DNA of 63,978 bases, filler included, from Collodictyon triciliatum (lineage: Eukaryota): assembly GCA_043381765.1 (NCBI GenBank). It is 6 parts of 6 records of this genome, joined end to end, with 100 filler letters (N's around TTAATTAATTAA, not from the genome) between each part and the next. Parts side by side here need not be neighbours in the genome. Positions count along the whole stretch, not along the records: positions 22,534 to 39,132 come from JBHJMP010002476.1; positions 39,233 to 50,354 come from JBHJMP010002477.1; positions 50,455 to 61,559 come from JBHJMP010002478.1; 3 more parts are not named here. One strand, 5' to 3'. Position 1 is the first letter of the stretch; each line of letters starts with the position of its first letter. Shown here piece after piece: positions 37,304-53,900 of the stretch. Both the position numbers and the translations under genes were made by a program. The notes below the pieces were generated by a model. That model was not told the DNA's origin. It saw only the letters and a program-made list of their open reading frames with translations, and made no database searches.

Positions 37304-38927
37304 CTAGTACGCGCTGAACCTAGGCATTTGTGCCGAAGGAAACATCCAGTTATCCGGTTGGTGGTACTTTGCAGCATTCCATACTTTATCAAGCATCCCC
37401 AAAACCTCCGTGCGGTAGCCAAACCGCGGTGCACCAATTAAGATATAGGTGTTAGGACGAACACAAATTACGGGTAATTCTTTTAGCCCCATTAATCCAC
37501 TCTGTGCGATATAAAGAACGACCCAGTCTACTGAAAGGCTGTTTGGTTCTCACTTTCCATGAAAACAATTCCTCTCATCGTTAAAATAGAAAAGTTGATT
37601 TTATTTGATACAGCTTCAATGCCTTGCAGTCCATGTGTCGTGCCGATGTGAGTATGTAGTGAACGTGAGGAAGAAGCGAATTAGACTTACTAACAGCATT
37701 TATTTTAGTCATAGTTTTTCTCCTGTATTTCACCAGAATGGTGGTTAATCAACCAAGAGTCACTTTGTCTGCATCATCGCGCTCTAAGCCACTCGCAGTC
37801 GCACACCAGTCAAAGCAAAAATGATTATCTTCGATTCGGAATTGTTGAGAAAATAGGGGCTCCTATGCAATATATGATAGCTCCAAGGAGTGAAGCTGTA
37901 GATACCTTCTCATATGAGGTCGGAACTATTTTTCTATACCAGAAATCGGTTACGGCATTAAAAGAGGTAAAAGAAAAAAAGGCACAGGTGTTCATACATT
38001 CTAATCGTTTTTCATCCTACTATATCTTTGTATGCTTATTAACAAGGGTGAAATATGCCATTTTTAGATTTGTATTAATATTTATTTTGAAGCAAATGAA
38101 ATGCGATGTGATGAGTGACCCAATTATTCATTGCGTGGTTTGAGAAAAAAAAGTGTGAACAATATGTAAGGAACCAGGATATATCGCCACTGAAAAACCG
38201 TTATCAAATCGAGGGAATACACGTGAATCGAAGTACTTGACTCTCAGCGCAAGTGATCTACAGCATATTGGGGTAGATTCACTTGGTGACTCGAGAAAGA
38301 GACCCAGTCTCTTCTGAGAAGGTTTCATGCATCTGGACTGAAAGCAATGACGGTCTCCGATGCATAACAGGCATCTCAGAAGCGGGCCGCTCTGCGTCCA
38401 GAGATCGTCTCAAGAGGCCAATCACAATTGCGGCAGCAAGAACAAGAACGAGGATAATGCCCTAAACGAAGGATGAGTGACTTGAATTTTTAGGAATGAA
38501 ATCATGATTCTATCGTTCTTCTCACTTTAGTCCACAGATAAACGGATAAGAAAAAGCCTCGCTTTTCTTCCTGCTCAGACCCGTCAAAGTCCTCGTCATC
38601 GCTGCCATCGTTGATGCAGTTCTTGTCTTCATGACAAACTTTGCCGAGACTAGCTCTCTGGCCCATCTCTGGGTATACAGGCGTAGAAGCGCTCCTTGTT
38701 GGCTCTCCAAGGGTATCACACGACTATCCATGACCGCAGTTGTAGAACAAGCATTGAGAAATAGGTGTAGGAAGAGAAATAGATAAAAGTAAGATTTAAA
38801 CATTTGTTTAGGTATAGGTACAGGTATAAGTAAAAGAGAGAAAAAAAGAGAAAAGAGAAAAGAAAGGAAATGTAAAACAGACCCCGCCAGGCGAGCACTG
38901 CACAAACGGAACACAGTTGTCAGCCAT
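37304..38927 (-). CDS. Hypothetical multi-exon single-pass (type II-like) membrane protein
   Basis: Exons ~38927-38883 (MADNCVPF..), ~38725-38526 (acidic stretch, RGFFLSVYLWTK) and ~38462-38283 (GIILVLVLAAAIVIGLL) join in phase 0. A plausible last exon is ~37530-37304. Middle exons are unresolved and no family is recognised. Confidence 0.4.
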
Positions 38928-39232
38928 CTTCAAGCGTCGCATCTCTTCTGTCCCGCTTAGATGAGTCGTTCGGTCAAATCTTTTACGATCCTGTTATTAC
39001 GTGTCGTTCTTTCAGCTCCCATTTATTTTTATTTTTTTTGTTTATTTGTTTATTTGTTTTTTTTGTTTTTTTGTTTTTTTGTTTTTTTTTTTTTTTTTTT
39101 TGTTTTTTTGTTTTTTTTTTTTTTTTTTTTTTNNNNNNNNNNNNNNNNNNNNNNNNNNNNNNNNNNNNNNNNNNNNTTAATTAATTAANNNNNNNNNNNN
39201 NNNNNNNNNNNNNNNNNNNNNNNNNNNNNNNN

Positions 39233-39267
<35 letters not shown>

Positions 39268-39310
39268 CCCCCCCCCCCCCCCCTCTTTTTTCTTTTTTCT
39301 CTCTTCATAG

Positions 39311-42300
39311 GTCGCAGAGCAGACTTTCTCGAGAATGGTCTCAGACAATGCTGGTGAACTATCCAAGATGCTCATGGACCCAAATGCTTCCATAAGGCTG
39401 GATGCAACTATTTTCTCGAAAACAGCGGCCCTTAAGTCCATCAAATGTATTATTTTATCTCACCTTTTCATACTTTGATATATATATATATAAATTCCTG
39501 TCAATGAGCAGCCAGCATCGTTATGAATCACTCCGAAAACCTCGCAGATGTCTTTGAGATAGAAGCTGCCATTCCACTCCTTCTGGAAGATGAGAATGTA
39601 CTCATTAGAAGAGAGTCTGTTCTGCTCTCTGCCGCTGTTTACCGAGCCATTTTCTTTTTCCTGTAGGTTCTCATGATCTTTCTATCTTACCCACTTGTAA
39701 TCCTTTTAGCATACCATCTTTTTCACAGCAAAAAATAAATAAATAAAATTGAAGAACACTCCAAATAGATCACGAGTATCTCGAAGTCCATCCAGCGAGA
39801 GAATGTGGGCCTTTGCCTCGAATATCCGAGACAGAGTATTTGACCGGATCAGCTCTTCAGATGAGGTTTTCTCCAAATTCCATTTTTTTTTTATAAGCTA
39901 ATAGGAATATTTTACAAGAGCCAGGTATAATTTGGCAGTTCTTTATTCATGAACATTTTTTCACCTTATTCAAATGGTTTACAAAATGTTTAATGATGTT
40001 TCTAACTATAGATACTATCGAGGCATGCTCTGAAGATGGTTGAGCTCGTTGTTATACTTCACTGCAAAACGATTACACCCATGGTATGTGTTTACTTCCA
40101 TATATATATATGGGTTCCTTTATTCGGTGTTTTTATTAATTTATTTATTCTCTCAGCTCTTGTTATTTACGAACAATCTTTCTTGTTTCCCGTGTGACCC
40201 ATTCCAGATTTCAGAGTACGGAAACTTGAGCCTGAATGATTTTCCAGCATCGATGAGCGCCATCGACGTCGATCAAGCGTGGTATTTTGGGAGAGAAACA
40301 CTCTCGTTCTTGCTGTCAAAGTGCCAAACCTTCGTGTAATTAATGCATATATATATATATTTACATCTCAAATCTAATAGTGTCATACACAAGGTCCAAA
40401 TCATTTTTGGTAGCCTTTCATATATACAAGAGAAATGACAGATTTATGATTGAAATGCAGATCTGTTTCGGTTCTGCAAACAATTGTTATGTCTCTTACT
40501 TCCATCGCACGATTTCGCAATGAGTATATTTCACAAATCACTCCCGTGCTTGTTCAAGTGTACTCTGATTTGCCGGCTGAACTGCCCAAACAAGAGAAAA
40601 TTCGTATAGCATCTACGCTCAAGATTTCGTTGCTTTCAATATTGAAATATCCTTTTCTTATTGAAATTTTCAAACAATCAAAAACGAATTTCTTGATGAA
40701 TTTTATATAAAAGAGCCTGAAAAGTAGTGTTTTAATCCTTTACGTGATTACGACAAAATCTGCCACCGAATGGCGTAAACAAGTTCTCTCCGCGCTTTTC
40801 ACCATCACCGGAAAGGATTATTCCTCTGTAGCAGAAACCCCATCATCCAGACAGGTATGATTTAATACATAATACATATAAGCAACCAAATTGATAAAAC
40901 TGATGTCGCATTACTTTTGATTATTATGGTGTTTTCATGCGTTATGCAGAAGTTTCAGGATTGAATTTTTGTTCACATCACCCCTTTCATTTATATGAAA
41001 TTAGCCAATCTAATATACGCACAATTAGACGAATGCCGAATCGGATGGTGCTGATGGACAGCCGGAAAAGAGAAAAAGATCTAGTTCAAATGCGTCTGCG
41101 GTGGAGCCTGACCAAGAGAACGTTCAACCCGAGAAAAAGCCAAACACAACCGTTGAAGTTCAAAAAATGCCCCGTACCCTGACTCCCAGGGAGCGCGAGC
41201 ACCACGACTTTGTTGAAATGGTTATCGAACACATCCAAAGCGCTCCTGATAATCCGCCCAATTTCCAACGGACGCCAAGAATTGAACAGCTATTGAATGC
41301 TTTTCGCGACATTGCCAGAGTCGAATCTCAAAAATATATCGAGAGGATGAATGCATTAGATGAGAAATATTGTATGTTAATATTATTGATTGGCTGCTTG
41401 ATTCTTTATATTTGCGTATTGGATGATTCACAGACTCTTTTGTCAACCAGCGAAACCTATCGTTCCCAAGCGTGATACCATGCGCGACCCTCGGCTATGT
41501 AGAGAATATACCCAGCCGATTTTCGATCACAACATTCCTCATGGTGTGGTCTTCAATGAAGAGACGAATCCCATCGTCCCAGAATCCTACGGAGAAACAA
41601 ATATAGCACCGCTAGCTTACAATTATGACGATTACGTGGATGAGAAACCATCAAACAGGTGCTTTCCGGTCATTCATCAATTGACTTTATTTTTTCTTTG
41701 TTATTTTCCTAGATAACAATAATTGAAAGTTTCAATGAAACTCTTACTAATGAATTACAAGCATCGAAAATAAATTGTAGTTTATATGAAGGTAATAATT
41801 TTGTTCTTTTTTTTTTTTCGCCCATCTGTAGTGTTATTGAACAGAGTCATATGAAGGAAAATTATCAAGTTTCGCAGCCAACCGATAACTATGCTGACAT
41901 TTCCGTTCAAGTATGTCATTCACAGACCCCACATGTTCCTGGCTTTTCCTATTATTTAACTTCATATTACCTGTGCTTAGGCTTTGAGTAGGATAATGGA
42001 TAATGAAGAGCAAATGTCCAGCGACATCCACCGAAAGCGCTGGGTTGAAACTGTATGCAGACTTGTTGCTCGGTTTCCAAAATCCAGTCAGGTGATATAT
42101 ACTTCTTTCGCAAGAATAATCAGAAATCGTCAAAGCCTTATCTCCTGGTGGTGGAAGAATACCAATTTTTTTTAAAAAAAAAAACCGTGGTTTGAATTAT
42201 TTTTTTTTTTTTGGTACCGTTGATTAGAACTTTTATTGCATATAGGCTTGGCAGCGCTTCAAAGCATTTCTCTTCACCGACCTGACTTCAAGGTACTTCG

Positions 42301-45300
42301 GTCTTAACTAGAATCCCTATACATATTATAACATATGAATGTCCGACGGTTTCAGTCATCTACGCAATAAAACATAATACTGAATTCTTGCACGAGGGCT
42401 CTATATCTCCAGTAAATTAAGTTTAAGTAATAATTATTTGTCGTGAGGCTGGACTTGGCTATTAGTTGGCTCTATCACGAATATATTCTATCCATGAAAA
42501 TTGAAGCCGAGGATTCCAAAGTATCTATCAAATAATCACTATTTAAAGTGTGAATGAGCTTATTTTTTCTCTTTCTTTTTTGTCTTGGTAAACAGTTAAA
42601 AACTATTTATAGGCCCGCTACGAGGAAATATTTGAGCAGACACTACAAAGACTACCCGAGGATAACCATATGCTTCAGTTTTTGTTGATGGTACTCTGAG
42701 CTCTACTCTCTCCTCGATACACGAACAAGATATATTCTTTTTCTTTCCAATATCCACTTCGTCCATTTATTTTAACACGAACCACTGGTCGTTATATTTT
42801 ATTTCATCTTTCGTTGTTTTGGTTTATTTTTGGTAGTGATGAGTTGATGCATTTCCAATATTGCTACATATTTAATTAAAATAGTAGAAATTTGGAGTCT
42901 AGGACGAACAGAGAATAATTGAATATTAACTGAAAGGTTCCGTGTATCCTCCCCTCTGGATTCTCAAAAATTCGATCTTTCATCACTCCATCCAAGTATC
43001 CTTTCTTTACCGATTATAACTTTAATGGGAACACCAAGATGCTTCGATATTTCTTAAAAACACAAACCTTCTCTTTCTAAGGCTTGAATTCGGAATGTCC
43101 ATGTATGAAAAGTTGATAAAATACCGAGCTGGGATGAGAGACCAACTTCTTACAGATTTATTTGACTTTTCGAGAAGTGAAGGTGTTTTTTTTTTAAAAA
43201 AAAAAAGTTTATCGTAAAATTTCTTCATTTTCTTTGATGAATAGCTTTCATCGAAACAGCCCATTATCTATGCACAAAGTTATAAAATATGGGTTTTTTT
43301 TAAACCACTAGATGCACAATTGAAGAAAGAATCCATATCACTCATTACAAATACCCTTTTTGATAATCCGGGTCTCTCTGATATTATCGTGAAGGCAGCC
43401 GAGGAACGAGTTTTGCTTCTTACTTCAAGCATAAATCCACAGAGCTCTGAGCAGACAACTATGGCTGATGATTTATCTGCGGGTATTTAGATTAGAAGTT
43501 ATTCATTAGACATAGACTCATTGTTTGAAGATGTGATTCATACAGACACAAATGTCGAAGTCTTTGGCAAAGCCCTTATGCATCGTTTCTTCAACTTTGG
43601 ATATGTAATATGGATATATTCAATTTACTTTTATGCCTTACTCACTCTTCAGTTGATTTCTCTAACGATGTGTATTTCGAGAATAGACACAAATATGGTG
43701 AAACCGGAATCCACTGAAGAGATGAAAGTTGACTTTACGGCAACTGAGGTCTTTTGGCACCACTTCATAGGCTCCTTCATATATTTTTTTAAAAGAAAAA
43801 CAACCTCCTGCACCCCAAGCATTTGTTATTCGCCAGTTGATAAGTTTTCCTTTCATAGAATGCCTTACCTCCCTCAAGTGATAATTATGCGAGGCAAAAT
43901 CTTGTTCTATATCTTGGGCTTTGCAGGAAAAAAACGTCACTTATCATAAAGTATATCCTATCGTACATCACATTCATGGTTGTTTGCTCAATTTTTTTTA
44001 ATTGAAACTGAATTCACAAACTTAGAACAGTGTATGATTAGGAAAGAGCATTACCCTACCTACATCCTGAAACTATGGGAAAAGTAATTAAATATCAATT
44101 TTCATAGATTGTCTGAAATATACCCTCGGTTCCCGACAAACGTGAGAGACATAGTTGCCGAAGAATGCAAAGAACTGGTTCAGTCGTTCTCGTCCAACTT
44201 GGATGTGTTTGTCGATGTCATAAAGAATTTTGTGCCTGGAGCAGAAAGTCTTATTCTGAGCATCGTCCAAACTATATCAGACCATGGTAGTGAGGCGAAC
44301 TTGGACAATCGCAAAAATATCATAAAAAGCTACAGTCCTTTTATTGACCTCCAAAGACTCTGATTTTCCTTCCTTTTTCCTTCCTATTTCTTTCTTGCTA
44401 TTACGTCTAGTATCGATTTTGTGGCTGGTCTTGTAAATCCCGTTTTCATTCCAGGGATGATGACCACTGGAATTAGCTCCGCTTGGAAGGATGTTTATGC
44501 TTCAAGAGGACTTGATGGACAGTACTTGATTCCAATCATGCAGTACATGACAAAAGTGAGCTGATTTCACACAATGAACGTCTATGTTGATAAAACTGTT
44601 TATTTGATTATGTTACACGCTTCTACCTGCCATATTCTAACATGACACCTATATACCATTGACTCCTGAAACGTGCAAAGGAGGAATTCCTTCAGAGCCT
44701 ACCTCGCCTTCTGCTTATGACGAAGACGGCTTGCTACAGTGTGTTTGCTAAAATAAAAATCGGACCCATAAAAATGAACCGAAATAACTTAAACATAAGA
44801 ACCAGATTATTTGACCATATATTACATGAAGAATTCCCCTGTAACTCAACTTTCAAACAAGGATACATATGAGAAGTGCTCTGATAAATCCTAATAGCAA
44901 TAATAATGATAACCTAATATGGCAGCCGCCCTGAACAAACTGGTGGAGGGTGTTTGCCGGTCCGTATCGCCAATCGATTTGGTGGTTAACCTCCACACCA
45001 TCGATACGACAAAGCACAAGATACACGTCAAAGTGGTGATAGAAGGTACGAATGAACTTTTCTCGGTATTCTGAATTTGCCTCAGAAACTTCTCATTTTT
45101 ATCTTCTTAATTCTCATGTTTTTCAATATATGCTATTTGTTTTCGCTATATATAATTTTGATATTTCCAATTAATTTTGAACTCTTGCTAAAATATCACG
45201 CCGACCTATGTTCATAGTGTTTAAATGATACTTTTGTAAATAGCTATTGAGTACTGTTTTGAAAAGAAGCAAGTATATACCCAAGATGTCCTGGAGCGTA

Positions 45301-46343
45301 TTTTGTTTCGTCTTAACGGGCTTACAAGCATCCCAGAGCTTACGATGCGAACGGTAAATAACTCCTTATCTCTCTGTTCTTCCTATTTCCCTTCTCTTTT
45401 TTTCTCTCTCTCTTTTCTTCTCTCTTTTCTTCTCTCTTTTCTTCTCTCTTTTCTTCTCTCTTTTCTTCTCTCTTTTCTTCTCTCTTTTCTTCTCTCTTTT
45501 CTTCTCNNNNNNNNNNTTTTTTCTTCTCTTTTTTTCTTCTCTTTTTTTCTTCTCTTTTTTTCTTCTCTTTTTTTCTTCTCTTTTTTTCTTCTCTTTTTTT
45601 CTTCTCTCTTTTCTTCTCTCTTTTCTTCTACTGGAATAGCCTACTCGTGTATTGATTCGCTTACATATCATCAACATTGATTTAACCACATTCTTTCTTG
45701 GCAGATGATTCAAGCAGTCAAATTGTATCCTCGGCTACTACCCACATCCATGAAGATTCTGCAAGAGCTAGTCCGGCGAGAAGTTTGGAAGACAGAGAAA
45801 CTCTGGAAAGGATTTGGCCGATGTTGCGCGGTATTGGCCTCTTCATCATATTTTCTCTTTTTCTTGTATTTTCGATGCTTATCGTCGCCATGGAAGCTCA
45901 CCTTCATACTCTTCACATATGCAACGAAAGCGGTTGGAATCCTTTCAAGCTGTCAAATTTTCTCGAATATTGGAACGCGTTTACTTGACCATCCCTTTTT
46001 TTTTCTTTTGCACATTTTCTTACAATCCAGGAGCATCAACCGGCAAGTTTTCCGGTCATAGCGACCATTCCACTCCCACAACTGCAGCTGTTTTTCAAGC
46101 AATTTCCGGACGTTGGGCAAAGTGCTGCGATTCATTACGCATTTTCTAGATATGTCTCAATGAAATAAGAGAAAATCTTATTCGTTTGGAATGCTAAAAG
46201 TGGGGAAACTTACTAACCATGATTATATAGATTTAATGAAAGCAATCAATGCTGGAGAGGCAAGGATAGACAAGGCAGCAGAGCCCAAAGTCCGGGAAGC
46301 CTTTGCAAATGCGACTTCAGAGCCGGATAATTCAGCAAACTAA
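39311..46343 (+). CDS. SYMPK: Symplekin (cleavage/polyadenylation scaffold), many exons, 5' end missing
   Basis: SLTSIARFR, LKISLLSILK, RLDLAISWLYHEY, YLIPIMQYMTKEEFLQSLPRLL, SPIDLVVNLH, AIEYCFEKKQVYTQDVL, IPELTMRTMIQAVKLYPRL, ILQELVRREVWKTEKLWKGFGRC, PASFPVIATIPLPQL. Stop TAA at 46341-46343. Confidence 0.9.
40647..40751 (+). other. U12-type (minor spliceosome) AT-AC intron
   Basis: 5' ATATCCTTTT, branch-like ATCCTTTAC at 40735-40743, terminal AC at 40750-40751. Removal gives in-frame LLSILK-TKSATEWRKQV. Confidence 0.8.
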
Positions 46344-46666
46344 AATAAAACGACTTTGAGAAGAAAAAACCCTTATTGTGTGACGGGAGTAAAGCTCAAC
46401 CTTGAAACGAAGAGAGAACAAGTTGCAGTGATTTCAATTGCATCGACATCTTACGAGCGTGGTTATCGATATCAGGACGCAATACCGACGAATCAGGGTG
46501 ATTGAAAGGGACACCAAGTTTCATACAAATATCGAGAATCAAGTTCAGAAAAGAACAAGAAATCGAAGGAACCTTGCTTATCAATTGTTTTTTTTTTTTT
46601 TTATAAAATATATGTATATATTGAACAATGCACGGGTGTGGCTTAAAAAAATGGGCTTGCTCCTTT

Positions 46667-49839
<3,173 letters not shown>

Positions 49840-50287
49840 GTTGATATTACATTTCGTGAGGTGCTCTCTCTTATCAGACACTCGACAGCTTTACCAGTCT
49901 TTGTCAGCCACCTTTTGCCTTTGCCTTTTGCTTTTTGCTTTTTGCTTTTTGCTTTTTGCTTTTTGCTTTTTGCTTTTTGCTTTTTGCTTTTGCGGCTGGA
50001 TTCGGGGTTTTAGCTTTCTGTGTCGCTTTGCTTTGTTCGATTCGACAGAAGTGTGTGATGCTGGAAAGCTTATCCCTGTCAAAGGGCGCAGCGGGCTTTG
50101 AAGATGTTGGTCGAGTGGAAGTTTTTTCGTACGTTTATTTGTGTGTTCCGCTGTATCTTGCGGAAACAAGTCGCACAGTGTCTCTATTTTTTTGCGAGTT
50201 GGGGTGAGTGGCGTGAGAAGTGGTGGCAATAGCAGTACCTGTAGGCCTTGTCTGCTTATTTTTTTTTTGTTTTTTTATTGTTTTTTT

Positions 50288-50354
<67 letters not shown>

Positions 50355-50454
50355 NNNNNNNNNNNNNNNNNNNNNNNNNNNNNNNNNNNNNNNNNNNNTT
50401 AATTAATTAANNNNNNNNNNNNNNNNNNNNNNNNNNNNNNNNNNNNNNNNNNNN

Positions 50455-50498
<44 letters not shown>

Positions 50499-50925
50499 AA
50501 AAAAAAAAACAAAAAACAAAACAAAAAACAAAACAAAAAACAAAAAACAAAACAAAAAACAAAACAAAAAACAAAAAACAAAAAAATACAATAAAACAAA
50601 ACAAAAAAAACAGTTAAACAAAAGAAAACAAAACAATTAAAAACATAAAACAATTAAAAACATAAAATAAAAAACAATTAAAAACAAAAAACAAAACAAA
50701 AAAAACAAAACAAAAAAAAACAGTTAAACAAAAGAAAACAAAACAATTAAAAACAAAAAACAAAAAAAATACAAAAATACAAAAAAAGACAAAAAACAAA
50801 AAACAATTAAAGAAACAGAAACCAAAAAAAGCAAAAAAAAAAATAATAATAATAATAATTTTAAAAAAAACGAGCGCATTTTCAACCACCATGAAAAACA
50901 GAGCAGGAAGCTTTTGCCGTCAGAG

Positions 50926-53900
50926 ATGCACTTCACGACCCCAATACCGTCCGTGCCACTGCCTCGACAAAATTCCCGTGCTTCTTCACCCGCTTATCCT
51001 GGAATGGCTCCGGCCTTTTCCCAGGTAAATCTTCTCATTCAAGCACAGCCACAGCGCAATATTACAGATGAAGAACAGAAACCTCAGAACACAGAGAAGT
51101 ATGATTCAAACTATTCGGTCTGCAGTTTTAAGCTGACTGAGATACCCACATATTTAGTAATGTATAATTGCAGGGATATCAATACACCGCAACCTGCCCA
51201 TGATGCCATAATCTTTAATTGTACCCAAATAAAATAACAACAACAACGCCACCAACACGAATAATCAACATCAGCATTTCCAAAAACATAGAATCTCCAA
51301 GCGCACCACTTGCAACAAGTTGCTGCCCATCCTGGAAACATACACACTCAATATCCTGTGCAACCACATATATCATCGCAAATGCCCCAGACTGGGCACA
51401 ATCCCTCTCCTCACCGAATTCGCCCAGAATCCAACCCACCCGGGGCATATCCACTTATTTATTATTCACAGCAAATGAGCGAAATACCAGGAATCCATGA
51501 AGCTCACCGGTTATTCTTCATCAATACATACACACATACATACATACATACATACATACATACATACATACATACATACATACATACATACATACATACA
51601 TACATACATACATACATACATACATACATACATACATTGAAGTCATTTATCTTGAATCATATGTACATGCATTAGTAATAGTGTGTCATAATTTCGTTAT
51701 AGCAGTCAACGTTTTTCTTCACCGTCTCTTCAACAACACGCCTCTTTCATCACCGACCCAAACGCTGCACTCTCCAGATTCCATTCAGAGACGATGGACC
51801 CAACAGCATATTCAGGATATTCGAATATGAATGCAAATAGAGATTTCAATACCAATTCTCAGGCACAAATGCCGTCATTTGCACATCAACCAGTGATTCG
51901 TCCGACGCGCTCTCAGATGCACGGGAATAACGTGATGGAGCGCCTTGCAACGATGCCGAGTCAACCCTACCCCGGCCCAAATCCCTATCCACATGGCCAA
52001 AATGACACTGTTAATATGAACATACAAACTTATCCACCATACAACCACGACCCATATAGCCAATATCAAGCGCAATATTCTCGTCACAACTCTCACCCTG
52101 CAATGAACCGACCAGAAAGCTATGTGTATCCCATGAACAAGTCTCGATTCAACGCTGCCCATCAGCTCGAAGGTTCTCCTCGCTATTCGCAAGTGAGCCT
52201 CTCAAACGCAAGGAGCGGCACTACAGAAATTGAGGATGACGTTGATGTACGCATTTTCTTAATTATACTTTAATTACTTTGTAACCTACTTGTCATTTAC
52301 TACGCATTGAACACTGTAATATGCATTTCTTCACCTCCCCTTTAGACAAACTCTATTTGAACTAACATCACACAACATTCTCTCATGAAAAAGAGCTTTG
52401 TCACCGATTTTGTCCGTATTATCTAACCAATATGTTGTATTAATTGAGTTATGAATATTTAGGCACTTCGTCAGCGCATTGCCGATTTGGAGAGACTGGT
52501 GCACAAGCACGAGAATGATATATTTAGAACAAGGCAAGAACAGCAAGTGAAAATGGAGGATTTTGAGCAGAAAATACAAACACAGCCATCATTTGTCGAC
52601 GACTCTACGCCTTCTCCTTACGATTACCAGCTTAGAATAACTGACCTTGAACGCCGGTTTGGGCGGAGGGCCTCACAAATATGGAAAGAAGATGACACAA
52701 AGTACATTTTCGTTTTTGAAGCATAATTCACAATCGCATAGTTTATTCTGTCTGTTTTTTTTTCCCTTCAAATTTCTCCCATAATTTCCATAATTTTTAG
52801 AATGATTATTACATTATTATTTTTGAAGCGTAATTCACAATCGCATAGTTTATTCTGTCTGTTTTGTTTTTTTCCTTCAAATTTCTCCCATAATTTCCAT
52901 AATTTTTAGAATGATTATTACATTTTTGTTTTTGAAGCATAATTCACAATCGCATAGTTTATTCTGTCTGTTTTGTTTTTTTCCTTCAAATTTCTTCCAT
53001 AATTTCCATAATTTCCATAATTTTTAGAATGATAATTATATTATTATTTTTTTTTTTTGGGAATTTTGCTCCGTGAGACAACAACCCGAATACTTGTCAT
53101 TTTCATGAAATGATATCATCCCGTTTTGCTATCGATCAGAGACATCTTAAATCTCATTTTCCCCCAAATACCAAAGAAAAGAAAAGGAAAATATATACGC
53201 ATCAAATGATACTATTAATTAAGACAGCACACCACTTCACTCTACGTTTTATTATCATTTTAGATCTACAAAGTCGTATGGTGATGAAACGCGGTCCCTA
53301 AGACAGGAGGCTCGCACACGGTCATTTGATACACGCTCCCAATATGAGTTTGGCCATCCAACAGAGTTTACGTCACCCAGTTTCAGGCAATGGCAGCGAC
53401 TGAGTTCATCAGACGAAAGGAAAAGAGATGACCCTTATGGAGAAAAATACCCCATCAGCGCGGAAGAGAGGGGATATAATCATGCAGCGGCACCCCCTGT
53501 AAGTACTAAATAGTACAAGGTGCTCTGGTGTACTCTGTGGTAGTATGGACACTGTTTGTTCCATGAGTGATTGTCTTTAAGAAATGCTCTTCCACATTTT
53601 AAATAGTGTATAAATACTCTCCCACGTTTAATTTATTCCTAGTTTCCTCCGGCTTCCAATACGCCATCTTTTACCTTCAAATGATACATATAAATAAGTA
53701 ACAGAAATAACAATGGAAAACTAATCCTGCTGAAAACATATGCTCTTTTAGCATGAAGCGATGGAGCGGATAGAGCGCAACGCACCGCAACAACAAATAC
53801 AAGCACCTCTGCGATCTCAGTCATCAAACATAGTAAGACTGGAACCCAAGCTTCGTTACATTTGTGTAACTTGCAAATATTAATGCTCGTATCATATGAA

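Noticed and set aside
52703-53042. CRISPR-like array
   Set aside because: Whole units are repeated with no unique spacers, there are no cas genes, and the context is a eukaryotic intron.
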